In this document: positions 46,172 to 60,215 of the stretch, one piece after another
Position numbering within the stretch: position 1 is the stretch's first letter
Layout: the number at the start of each line of letters is the position of its first letter
Source of the DNA: Chrysomallon squamiferum
Lineage: Eukaryota > Animalia > Mollusca
DNA length: 64,000 nucleotides
Assembly: GCA_012295275.1 (NCBI GenBank)
Contig: CM022673.1
Span: forward strand, 1,860,001-1,924,000
Reading direction: 5' to 3'
Position numbers and translations under genes: made by a program
The notes under the pieces: model-generated
Seen by the model: only the letters and a program-made list of their open reading frames with translations
Database searches by the model: none
Told to the model about the DNA's origin: nothing

Positions 46172-47136
46172 CGTACAAAAACCTTAAGACACATAAAGAA
46201 AAATAAAAATAAAAATGTAAACGTGATAAATCAGAAACTGTCAGTACTAAGAACAGCACGTTTCTGTATTTCTCATTAAACGATTTCGATAATTTGTGAT
46301 TATCCGTGCTGTATGTTCACAATTCAGTTCTGTTATTTTCTGTTGTTGTTTGTTAATAAAACAGTGTGTTTTTAACTCATCAGCGACATGTCTCTATTAA
46401 TTTGTTCTCTGCACGAAATAACCCACGTACCAAATAAACCCTTGTCCGACTCTGCTTAATGAATCGTTTCTTCTGAAAAAACCCCACTAAAATATTACAT
46501 TGAACGTATAATTCTGCTATGCATTTGGTTATCCATAAACCTGGAAACCATCTGACTTGTCCTTGGAATTATAAGCATATTTATTTATTTATTTATTTTT
46601 TTTTTTTTTTTTTCCCATAAAGATTACGCTGACAAAATCGTTTTAATTTCTTTATCCTGCTTCTTTCTTGGAGACAGTGAGAAGAAGATCGCTGATATTA
46701 TAAGTTTGTTTGACGTATCCGTCCACCAAGATATTTTTATGATTTTGTTAAATGAAGCATGAACATTTTTATTAACCCCTAGCGCTTTTATCTTCTGCTT
46801 GAATCCCGTATCAATCATTTTGCAGCAATAACACGAGAACGTCATAATGTCAGTTCGATAGTTTATCATCGCCGATTTTTATTCCATTTTTTTTTTTTCT
46901 TCTTCTCTCTGTCCCATAGTGGTGCTGTTATACTCATAACGTCATTATAAAGCAGATAACTTTTGCACAGATTGTATTTTGTTCTTTGGGATTTGTCGAA
47001 AGACAGGTGAAATTTTTAGCAAATCCCTCTGTGGCATAAAGATCAGAAAATGTGTGTTACTGATCTATGTATTTGTATGTATGAGCGTCTCTTTTTCTGT
47101 TTCAGCTTTTTGCATATATATACGCAGAAACATACA

Positions 47137-47211
<75 letters not shown>

Positions 47212-48155
47212 ACTCACTCACTCTCACTAGTTTTCAAAGCTATTCATTGTGGGTAAAATGTGGGAATTGCAAAACAATTTTGTTTTTGCAGGGGAAAGGG
47301 GGGTTATATGTGTAAATAGTTCGGGCAAAACAAATCCTTTGATCATCCCTTAACCGAAGAATCACTGTATGCCCATGCCTGTTAAACTATTTTCGTTTAT
47401 TTATGTCTTAAGGCACTCATGTACATTCAGTCACTTTGTTATCTACCAGTATCAGTTTCAATGATCGTCAGAATGTGGATTTTCTTAACGATTTGTCAAG
47501 TGTATTTTTAAAATTTTCATTTTTTTTTAATTTACGTCATACTTATTCTTTTCAATAAATTCTTTTCATCATTCATTCATTCATTCAGTATTTATTTAGT
47601 TATATATTTACCTTCTTGATGCAGAAAAATTAATACGCTAACACATACACAATGAAATAAAAATCTTTATACAGCTGTTTCAATTTTGTAATTTCTGAAT
47701 TACAGGGAAATACATAAAGGAAATGATTTTTTTTTTTCATCTTCGTGATAACTTGAACTAAACCTTTCTGCTGATATTAAAAATCTCACGACTTTCTACC
47801 GCGAGGTAAATAGTCTTCTAAGTCTTGCAAACAGTTTTTAAATACGTTTTAGATTTTATGGATTTACAGCGGGTTTCACAAGATGTGACGAGAAAAGGAA
47901 ATGGATTTGTTAAAACTGCTCTGATATTAGAAACAATCCAAAGTAGCTGATTTTCACGTTTGTTTGTCCTTTCAACATATCTGAAAAAAAAACAAGCAGT
48001 GTATACCAATGGAACAGTTACCATAGTAACGTCACCTAAACGACAGAAATACCTTTTTCTTAGTGCTTAATATTTGTTATTTGAACCACAATACCCTTCT
48101 GAACGTGTGCACCTTTTTACTGAAGTCTTAACTTCGTAGTGTTTAATTTTATTCT

Positions 48156-48300
48156 ATGTATGTATGCATGTATGTATGCATGTATGTATTATGTATGTAT
48201 GTATGTATGATGGTATGTATGTATGTATGTATGTATGATGGTATGTATGTATGATGGTATGTATGTATGTATGTATGTATGTATGTATGTATGTATATGT
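48156..48300. repeat. (TATG)n tract
   Basis: Direct reading. Confidence 0.9.
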
Positions 48301-48377
48301 ACGTACTTATGTTCATATGTATGTGTAGGTAGGTACCTATCAATGTATATTTATATCTATATATGTATAACTGTTCG

Positions 48378-48410
<33 letters not shown>

Positions 48411-49383
48411 ATTATATATTATATTTATTCTGATTTTACTACAAACCCATGCATGTGATAAAATCTTCAATATTTGCATATTACATATCTCATGCACATT
48501 TTTATACAGATTTAATTACACACGTGATCTTCTTCCTCAGTGTATGCACAGACGAACTGTGTCACACACACATCAGTTTACATTTGGCAAGCAAATACAT
48601 CAATAAACAGGTGAATTCAGAATCGGCTGTACGTGCAGTGAGACACAAAGAGAGGAAGAGTGAAATATACATAACAGACAGACAGACAGAAATATAGACC
48701 ATTACGTTTGCGGTACATCCCACCACAATAAACAACGGCACCAGTAAATTATTTCTGAAAGTTTGGATCCATTCTTTGATAAGCAGCACCGGCTTGTGTC
48801 GGCCCTCGAGATCTTTATATTGATGTATTTTGCAATCAACATTCTGCTGGGATCATGTTAATAATTAATGCTCTTGTTGTTGTAAATTACCATAAATTCC
48901 TTTCGATGGTTGTAATTCTTGAAGTCTCCAGCTTGGCTGAAGCATCCTCAAGAATCCTTTTGTCTAAAGGCGAGGAGAGCGCAGATCGATGGTTAAGTAA
49001 GAGACCGACACAAGTTGCAGCTCGGAACCTAGAGTTCACGGAGGACGTTGACAGAAGTGTCGACCGATAAAACAGAATGTGAAAAAAAAAAACAATAAAT
49101 AAATAAAAGTAAAAGAGAAAAGTGATGGGCGTTTACGTGGCACCGTGTTGTGAGCACTTCGTTCCCCACCCGTGTTCAAGTTCAGATTAGATCATCGGTT
49201 TCGATCTCTGATGCTGCTTTTTTTTTACTCGACTGACGAAGACGGGAAGGTTTGTTTGCAAGGAGTTTGAGTCGTTCAGACGTCACCTGTAGTTTTCTCT
49301 GCTGAAGTTCAATACAGATATATTTTGTTTTTTAGATCTATAACTCGCAGATAAAGTGCTGGTTTTCTTCTGTTATGCAGCAG

Positions 49384-49384
49384 C

Positions 49385-49420
<36 letters not shown>

Positions 49421-49437
49421 AATAATAATAATAATAA

Positions 49438-49468
<31 letters not shown>

Positions 49469-49503
49469 AAGAAGAAGAAGAAAAAAGAAGAAGAAGAAGA
49501 AGA
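49384..49503. repeat. Compound (CAA)n-(TAA)n-(GAA)n trinucleotide tract
   Basis: Direct reading. Confidence 0.95.
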
Positions 49504-49572
49504 AACTGCAGTTATTAACTTTTGAAATTTAGACTTTTTTTGAAATTGAAAACTGAAAAAGAAAAAAAAATA

Positions 49573-49726
49573 TATTTTTTTTCTACGATTATAAGCACAC
49601 TGACACAGGCATACAGGGAAGCACATACCAAATCGTTTGATTAGCCACTAGAGAAGCACTGAGTGGAACGGGAAATAGCACTGAGCCTTTCATAAACCAA
49701 CCAGTAGGTGTTGATTCTGCACGAAA
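49573..49726 (-). mobile_element. Dispersed repeat, copy B (inverted relative to copy A)
   Basis: Reverse complement aligns to 12495-12643 with a handful of substitutions and a ~6 bp indel. Confidence 0.75.
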
Positions 49727-51046
49727 CTGTATTGATAAAAGAGGAACAAGAAGCTGTAACGTTTCTTTTTATTATTATTTATTTTTTTCAGATTTTGTAT
49801 TGATCTTGGAGTGTACACGATTCATAAACAAACAAAGTTTTCTTTCTCATGATTACAGTGCAGAAAGCAAATATGACATAACGACTTTTTCTCCGCTTAT
49901 ATCAATAACCAGCATGGAACAACAACAACAACCAAAAAATAAAAAAAGAAAAGAAAAGAAAAGAAAATAGGGTCTCTCTCTGAATATCTGTACATACATA
50001 CATATATATATGTATGGGTATGTTTTATTGGCATGTATATATATATGTATATAAGTTCGTGTAGGTGTATGTAAGTCTTTCAATTTGTTTTATGTATATA
50101 TATATATGTATGTATGTATGTATGTTATTTATGTTTGAATGTTTTTTGTTTGTATGAGTGTGTCTATATTTGTTTATTCCAGCTGAATGTATCTATATTT
50201 CATTACGTAGCTGATGAGAAACACATAGATACTCTTAATATATAACATTTAGATAATAACCTTTGCTATATCAGTGATAACCTATGATTATTCTGCTGTC
50301 AAAATACGTGAAAATCCCAAATGATAAAAATATTGTAACAGTGTATACAGAGAAAACATACAAATATCAGTTAAACAATTTAGATAAAGCTTTGACCTAT
50401 ACACTGAAACAAAACAAGTTGATCCAAGGGCGGACCAGAAATTTCTGTTATTGTTGTCTATAAATGGAAGGTAGGTGTAAAACAGGGGTGTGTGTCTCAG
50501 CAACACATCACCCTACCACACCCAGACCCACCCTGGAGAAAAGCCAACGAAAACAAAAATTCACTTTCTGTTAGTTCGTAGAGAACCAAATCCGTGAGAT
50601 ATTGCATGCCTAAAAGGAATTTCGAACAAGAGGTTCTTTTGTTGCTGTCTATAACTCTGTATAAAATTTATGACATTTTTTGTCATAAGTTTAAATAAAG
50701 AATTCCTTTGACCTTTTGCCTGTTTTTATTAAACTGAGGTGTTTATTGGCTTTGTTGTTCTGAATGGAAATCTAAAGAGTTTCGGAAAACCAATATAAAA
50801 ATCTGGGTACGCGACAACAGTAATGAACCACTGCAACAGGTGACAAGTATATCAACGTAAAACCATTGTTGATCGTAAAAGTAACAAAAGGATGAAAACA
50901 AAGAACATGCAGATACGAGTTTGTCGTAAAAAAAAAAAAAAATTGTTATTAATTTCCCGATGAATCTGTTCAACACGAAATAAAGTAACTGTATTTATAA
51001 TCATAATAGCAACGATGACTAATACTACTACTAATAATAATAATAA

Positions 51047-51077
<31 letters not shown>

Positions 51078-51114
51078 AAGGAATAGTAATAGTAACAGTA
51101 ATAATATTTATTAT

Positions 51115-51254
51115 CACATACATACGCACAAACATTCATACATACATACATACATACATAAATACATACATACATACATACATACATACATACATACATA
51201 CATACATACATACATACATACATACATACATAAATACATACATACATACATACA
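51115..51254. repeat. (CATA)n tract
   Basis: Direct reading. Confidence 0.95.
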
Positions 51255-52970
51255 TTAGGTTGTCTTGATGGCCGAACGAGTGTGGGCGAATGGGTATACA
51301 AATACATTCACAAATACATACATATATACATTCATATACTGACATCATTTTCTTTTCTTACATTTTTGTTTTGGTTTGGTTTTTTCTTATTTTATTTTGT
51401 GTGTATGTTTTGTTTTTTTTTTTTTTTTTTTTTGACGTTTGCAAAGAATTAAAAAACAGAACTAAAAACAAATTAAACGACGTGAAAAGATTAAAAAAAA
51501 AAAAAACAGTGAAAACTAAGAAAAGAAATCAAAACCAAACCATGTGAAACGTAAAGACGCTTCAAAGGTTTCTAAGTACGAAAACATATTTCAACTAAAC
51601 AAACACTCAGAAATAACAAACACTATTTATATCACTGAGCACACAGCCCGATAATCCGTGAAAATAACTTATCTTCAGCAAGACTTTAATTCAAAACTGG
51701 CACGAGTCTGCCCGGGCAGATTGGAACATGAATATTCAACAGTTTGTTTTATTGAATTACTGTTCATTGGCTAAGAAACGGAGATTTCTCAAAGACTACA
51801 TACGTCACACGATCGTTATGCAGTTTTTTTTGTTTGTGTCTCTGTTAGATCAAAGAATGAAAATAATTGGTCATTTGTAAGTTGCAGACTGAATGCCAGA
51901 ATGCTGTAATAAGAAGTTAGAGGTTAGATTTGTGTGTTGCATACACAAACTGAATTATGTACTGCGGTTGAAATTTCCTGGGGGGGAAAAAAAAAAAAAA
52001 AAAAAAAAAAAAATAGATCTGTTTTAAAAAATACATTTGGTTGATTATATGTTTGTATTTTCTTTCTTTCTTTTTTTTTTCTTTTCCATTTTCCGTTCTT
52101 TATTTCGATCATTCTTTCTTTCTTTTGTTCTTTCATTTTTATTATTTTTTATACCATATTCTTTGTTTTCATCCAAAGCTCTAATTTAGCCGCATATAAC
52201 ACAATATTTCTCTTTGAGAGTTAATATCTGTTTCGTAGAGAGTTATTTGTTTACTAAGTTCCGCTTTTTCGTCCGGTTTTTCAGCTGAATGACTAAATGG
52301 AAAGAATAAGTATGTATGTGTGTATGTGTGTATGTACGCGTTTCAATAAACTAATTCAGATAATTAATATATATCCTCTAATCACATGATAATGGCTCGC
52401 TTCAAAGTAAATGAATGTCTTCTGTTCGTACGACTCTTTTTATACATGTTTTTATTGATTGCTTTACACATTTCATTCTGCATAGCTTATTGTTTGCTAA
52501 ATAGTTACCGAGAGAATAAGAGAGAAATATATATATACATATATAACGTTAATGATAATGATGATGATACTGACAATAATAATAATGAGACTGATAATGA
52601 TGAAGATGAAGATGATGACGACGATGATGTGATAATAATAATACAAACTTAAGACACCTATAAACAGCATAGAAAGAAAAAAAGATAAAAATAATGAAAA
52701 AAGCTAAGCCTACAGGAAACGACAAACCAACACGCAAATCCATACAGAGTAACGCAGTATAAATAAAACAACATAACTGTAGAAATCTGAACATCTCTCC
52801 GCGTTTGTCTAATGTCATATGACAGACTCGTGTTTCTCTAATTGACTGAACGTTAATAACAGAGTGAAAATTTGTCAACATTAACGACCAGGAAGTTGAG
52901 ATCTAACGAATATGATTACAGGTTGTTTAATAATGCGCTAATCTGGTCAATAAGTTTATTTCTATGATTT

Positions 52971-53119
<149 letters not shown>

Positions 53120-53291
53120 CCACCCTTTCTTTCTCGCCTCTCTGTATAGTTCTGTCTTTGTCTCTGGAACACAATACACAATATCATGTCATAAACTGAA
53201 ATTCTCTTTTTTCTTAAATAACTATGACAAAAAAAAGGGAAAGAAAAAAAATAAAACAAAGAAAAATAAATAAAGCTAAAAAAACAAATAA

Positions 53292-53336
<45 letters not shown>

Positions 53337-54200
53337 AAACAAAACAAAAACAAATTAAAATAAAACAACAAACTGAATGCTTATTAAAGAATATTTACTG
53401 TACAGTAGAACAAATTATTAATCGATCATCATTTTCTTTTACTGAAGTTAAAACGATGCACTTCAAGAACTGGGAATCCTATAAGGATGATTACGGGCAG
53501 ACACATTCTAACTTCAAAGAGAGTAAATCACTTCCTTAATTCTTACCAAAGTATCTCGCTTAATCATTTTATCTTTTTAAGTAAAGCAAATATTCATTGT
53601 ACGTAGTATATTATTTATGGAATACAGATATAAAATAGAAATAGTACGTAATCAATCTTTCCACTCAAGATGTAAAAATACAGGACCTAAGCAAAAATTA
53701 TAATTTCGAATTAAAAAATGCGCGGTGTCAAAATTTCAAATTGCAACAAATCGACAAAAATCATAACGTTAAAGATGAAGAAAACGTTCCTAAATCGACG
53801 CAAACTCGTTATTTCGATCTCTGTAATTCAAAAACTGGATTCATCCTGCGGCCATTTTGGTTAGTTTCGTATAAGGTTATGTTCGTCTTACTTCCTGTAA
53901 AATAAGAACGGTGACGTAATTGTAAGAGTCCTTTCAGATAAACTAACTAAGACCTAGGAACGGCCTTTAATTAAGTCGAGAAGATGGTTGGCTGTATATT
54001 TAATAGTTCACACTTTGACTAAAACGCTTGCTGGTGTAGGTGATGGTATTCTCTAAAGTACAAGTGCGATGTAGTTGTACAGCTCATGTAGATCTATACC
54101 AGTTTCCATCTCTGTTCATTTGCTGACGGGAATGTCGTTGTCAAAGATACTGCGTACAAAGCTTTACTAATATGAAGAGTGTCGAATCTTATCATGTGAG

Positions 54201-54236
<36 letters not shown>

Positions 54237-54284
54237 ACAAAGAGATAATCGCGATTGCATCATTAATTTGATTTCTGTATATAA

Positions 54285-54402
54285 TCCATCCATCCATCCA
54301 TCCATAATTCCATCCATCCATCCGTTCTACCATCATTAATTTCATTTCTGTATATAATCCATCCATCCATTCATCCATCCATCCATCCATCCATCCATCC
54401 AT

Positions 54403-54434
<32 letters not shown>

Positions 54435-54635
54435 TCATCCATCCATCCGTCCATTCATCCATCCATCCATCCATCCATCCATCCATCCATCCATCCATCC
54501 ATCCATCCATCCATCCATCCATCCATCCATCCATCCATCCATCCATTCATCCATCCATACATCCATCCATTCATCCATCCATTCATCCATCCATTCATCC
54601 ATCCATCCATCCGTCCGTTCGTCAGTTCATCCATC
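54285..54635. repeat. (TCCA)n tetranucleotide tract
   Basis: Direct reading. The flank TTTCTGTATATAATCC is duplicated at about 54272 and 54345. Source of the MDGW ORFs. Confidence 0.95.
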
Positions 54636-54736
54636 AACTCTTATATTTAAAAATTTGAGATGACTGTCAAAATATTTCCGAAAAGATATAAATTATATTT
54701 GTATGTCTTGTGCTTCTTTCTAGCTGTTTACACACC

Positions 54737-54767
<31 letters not shown>

Positions 54768-56167
54768 GTGCAAGCAACACGCATTTGTTTAATAATTACT
54801 CTCCTAAACCGTTCAGCGGTAATCACCATTGCTATACATTAATTTTCTAATTGTGTCCATCTCGTGACAATACGAGGTGAAAATGAAAATCATTTTAACT
54901 TCGTCTGCTTCACAGTTCACATCAGTTGATTAAAACATTCGATTCACGGACAAAGCCGTTCGTTGACAGAGTTATCAAATTTTAATGTCGTAGTGGTTTT
55001 CGTGTATGGATTGTTTGTATTCAGAAGTACGTTTAGGTAAACAGTATTGTTACGATATTGATGACGGGAAAAAAAGCCTGGAGTGATACGAAAACTGCCG
55101 AGGAAACCGGATGTTCTAAATAATATTTAGAAGAACAATAACTCTGCATGAACTGGTCGAAATAGTTGCATCAATAATTTTTCCAGAATCAGAGAGAACA
55201 ATAAACATACATACATACAAACAAACAAACAAACAAACACCCAAACAAACAAATAAACAAAACAAAAAATACCATAAAAAAACAAGTTGTTAAAATGTAA
55301 TAAACGAATGAATGAATGAATAAATTACAAAAAGTGAAATAAATAAATGATATAAATTACTACAGAATTAAATAGGCATAGATTGATTTAAATACTTTAG
55401 TGATACCAAATATGCAATTGCTTTTGTATAATTTATAGATGAAGGAAAACACATCTCCGACACACCATAAGTTACTCTTTTCGATTAGCAGTAATGGATT
55501 TAATAGACTCACACTCCCGTAAACAGGAATACATTTACGAGCACGGTTTCTGGCAAACTAACGTTAGTCACGATGTATTGGCTGGATGAAGAAACAATAA
55601 ACAAACAAGATGAGTTTTCCTATGACCTTTAAATCCAGTCACGATGCTCCAGTCTACAGCAAAACCTCCGTAGAAGTCACGGGACTGTTTCTGCGCTAGC
55701 TGGTCACATTTTTCGCCAGCACTCTAACCAAAGAGCCACTGGCCTTCATCTGTTAATTGAGTTGAAGAATAAAATTAATAATTCAGATGTTAATTGTCTG
55801 AACGATGACGTGAAGAAAATCCTTCTATTTCCCATACACACGTTCTGCATTTAGAAATTATGTCGCATAGCGCGACATCAATATTTGCGTTCAGGTCTGT
55901 CCTGTTAATTCCAGTTGACATTTACATGCATTCGTATTTCTGAAGCAGTGGTTTAATGTAGAGTAGAAATCTGATTTACATAAAATAAATAATGTTTATT
56001 CATTTGTAATTGGAAGGAAAATAAAAATAAATAAATTCGTTTTTTGTAAAAATGTTTATGCTTCTGAGATTGTTGTAAAATAATTATGAAACAATATTTT
56101 TGTACAAGTGGGTGTTTGACTTGTATTTTTAAAGCAAAAAGGGAAAAGGCAAGAATAATAATAATAA

Positions 56168-56205
<38 letters not shown>

Positions 56206-57976
56206 CAACAACAACAACGATATTTATACTTAGATTTTTAAAGTTACTTCATTCTCATTTAGAATCGTGATAATCATAACAGCTCGAAGATATTTTGATA
56301 TTAAATATACAGTTTAACATATTTAAAATTTTAAATATTTATGCTAAACGACCTCATATCTTTCAGTGAAAATACTGGATATTCGAAGTTTATTTAACAC
56401 TGTGTAGATGTATACACATCCTGACAGAAGATAAACACAGAGAAGCAGGGATGTAATGAAAGAAACTAGCGGAGTGACACACATTACAACTGTTATGTTC
56501 TTAATAGGTAATGAAAGAAGAAATCACCTGTCCCCACAATCTTTTTCAATTAGCAGCAATGTCGTTTTATATGTATAAAGCATTCACACGAATGAACATA
56601 TCACGGCATTTAACAAGTAGGACATAGACTGGGAAAGTAAATGATGCAAATGGCGCGATGAAGAAGCTATATATCCTGCCATCCAAAACCTTCCACGCTT
56701 ATGCTCTAACCACTGCACCAGACCCTGCATAAGCAGGTAGAAAAATAGAGAGGCGGGAAGGCAGACAGACAGAGAGATAGCGCTAATGCAGTTATCGCCA
56801 ATAAATTGTTATTCAGAGAAATTAAAACCACATTCCGTTCGTGCATGGTTTGATGCAATTTTCAAAAGGAGACTTTCAATTTGGGAAACAGAATGAATTC
56901 AACACCGTTCATAACGTGACCAGATTTGCTGATGTCAAGGGGGGGATGACACATTCTGCCGGCGTTATAATAATACCAATCGCAGTTCGATAATTTAGTG
57001 AAAATATTTGGAATATGCCGTCTGATCGCTGACCGTGGCATCCATTAATTCCAGCTCTGAGCTTTGTGATGAGCGAGCTTTCACGACACTTGACCACATG
57101 TCCAGCAGGCCGTAAACAATGCCCAGACGATGGTTTAATCAGAGATCACTAGACAGTTTCCGCCTAATTGTTGTCTTTCACAATATTGTCAAGAATGATG
57201 ATCGTGTGTAGCTGCTTCCAATCAAGGGTCGTAAAAACAAGAAGGAAAGGTTGAGGAGGCGATACGCCTAAGCTGCAGCCATCACAGACTAAACACAGGG
57301 CCGACGAACGTATAAATTGTCTTTAATGAAAACAGACACAGAAAAGGCTTGTAATTTGCGAAAGCTCGCGTTTGAACGCTGGAAACGTCTAATTGATTCT
57401 AATGACAGAGAGAATTTAAGGAGACAAGCATTTGTCGGAGACTAAACTATTCAGATATAAATTTCCACTTATCATTTCTGTCTGTATAATAGATACTTTG
57501 TTGTTTTAATTTTAATTCTGGAATCGTTCTTTATTCTGATATTAAAAGGAGACTTGGGTTTCCGAATTGTCTGTTTATTAAAGCAGTATGCTCTAAAATG
57601 GAATCCAGAATCTCCTAGTACTGCTGCACTTAAAAAGTTGATGAAACCGATAACTGTCCTAAGTAGAACGTCTGTTAAAGATAATGTGTTTATTCACTTC
57701 GACCAGACTTACTTACTATGACAGACAGATATACAGACAGATAGATAGATAGATAGATAGAGAGACAGAGAGAAAGGCAAATAGGCGGACAAAGAAAGAG
57801 GGTTTTTAAGCTGAATTGTTAACATAAAGCTAGTATTGAACATCACTGATTATTTTCAGATATTTGATAATTCTGACATAATTAGAGTCTTCTTTGGAAA
57901 TCCCTTTAATCCTTAATTTGCCTTTGCGCAAACAGTGTATCAAACTGTCTGTCTGGCTTTATGTCTGTCTGAGTGT

Positions 57977-58069
<93 letters not shown>

Positions 58070-59084
58070 ATTTCAAGATCTAAATTAATTTATTTTACTA
58101 AATGTATTTTACATTTACAACATAGGTTTTCTCAAAATAAAATCAATGCGTTTAGGCTGCCGCTGTACCGAAATGAAATCGATTGTTTCAACAATGTCCT
58201 TGACATAGTAAGACTCGTAAAATCGTTAACTTATTTCTTTTTCCGTATTTTCTTTTCTGTAAATCCCAGAATTTGAACAATAAACTGCTTTTTACGGGAA
58301 ACTTGTTAAACAGCAAAGAAATTTCCAGTTCGTGCTTATCTGATGCAATCATTTTCTTCTATTTAAGGAATTTTAAGAACAATATATCACAACTGACCTA
58401 GTTTCAGAATTTCAGAGAAATGTAAATGGACAGGAAGAGAAACGAAGAAGAACAAAGGAAACAGGAATGCAGTTTGATAGTTTATTCTTTAAATTTAAAT
58501 CACGTGACGGCACTTTCTAGCGTGCCTGTATGTATGTGAGTGTGTGCGTGCGTGCGTGTATATGTGTCTCACTTTCTGTTTATGTATGCATGTCTATGTA
58601 TGTATGTATGTATGTCTATATGTGTGTCTGTCTGTGTCTATATGTGTGTATGTATATGTGTGTTGTTGTATTGTATGTATGTATTGTATGTATGTGTGTA
58701 TGTATGTATGTGTATGTACATATGTGTAGTGTTCTAGATACAGAATCACCAGGCTGGTCTGGCTTGGGAAAGTTTAAATGCACTATTTAAAGAAAGCCTG
58801 TTTAAATCAAATGATAGCCTTAGCATTATAAACGATCTATTACTGAATCAGTGTCTTACGGTCTTGTTTCAAGACCGATGACTCCACATCATTGTACAGC
58901 TGCCAGATCTTATTAATTCACAGACGGCTTGAAATAAATTTCTATAACATAGTTATATTAGTTACCTTTACATGACTCACTTGTTGATCAGTACATGTAG
59001 CAAATTCTGACCATTTTATGTTAATTTTACTTCTTCATCATTATCAGGATTTTATCATTTAATTTTATTCATATTGTTTCTGCT

Positions 59085-59385
59085 ACTACCAATACTTCAA
59101 CTACCACTACCACTATTATTATTGTTATTGTTATTACTATTATTATCACTCCATACTGCTGTCACTATCACTGCTACAATAGCAACAACAACCACCACCA
59201 CTACTACTTAATGCTTTAACTACTGCTACCACAATAAGTACTACTATATCCACTACTATCACTACTACTACTACCATCACCACCACTATTATTATTATTG
59301 TTATTGTTATTATTTTTTTATTATTATATTATTATTACTATTGTTATTGTTATTGCTATTGCTATTGGTATTGTTGTTGTTGTTG

Positions 59386-59432
<47 letters not shown>
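59085..59432. repeat. Degenerate trinucleotide (CTA/TTA/TTG)n low-complexity tract
   Basis: Direct reading. Confidence 0.85.
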
Positions 59433-59434
<2 letters not shown>

Positions 59435-59984
59435 ATTTTTACAAACCTTTTAACATCTCTTAAAAAGATTGTATTTCAGCGGATAAAGAGATCTCAGTTC
59501 CAAACTGCAGCCGTCTATTTGTAGACACTCAGTTGATTGAAATGCAGACATTGACGCCTCGCTGGCAAACAAAGACGATGTTAGTGAACCTCAGACATCG
59601 AGATTTGAATGTAAAGAGATAGCTTATTAGCCAAGGTTGTTATTTATCTTACATTCTTCACCACTGACCACTCGAGTAACGCACTTTCAGTGGGGCCAGT
59701 GATTCATTGTCTTAGTAATGTCATCACAAGACTCGTTGACAAATCAGAGTTAATATCCTCTTGCTTCAGTTGTAATGGTTTTGTATTAGTGTCGCAGTGT
59801 CTGATTACTACAATCAGGTCATGGTTACATTTGCAGAGATAACTGTCAATTTCCATTATTAATTCAACGGCAATTCATTTAAGCGGTTTAAGTATACATT
59901 ACTCACACATACATAGAAATATATATTTATATATATACACACACATCGAAAGATATATTTATATATACATACACATATATACAG

Positions 59985-60215
<231 letters not shown>

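Noticed and set aside
49130-49215. tRNA gene candidate (TGGCACCGTG...GGTTTCGATCTC); similar weak traces near 8345-8500
   Set aside because: No cloverleaf or acceptor stem. At most these are decayed SINE traces.
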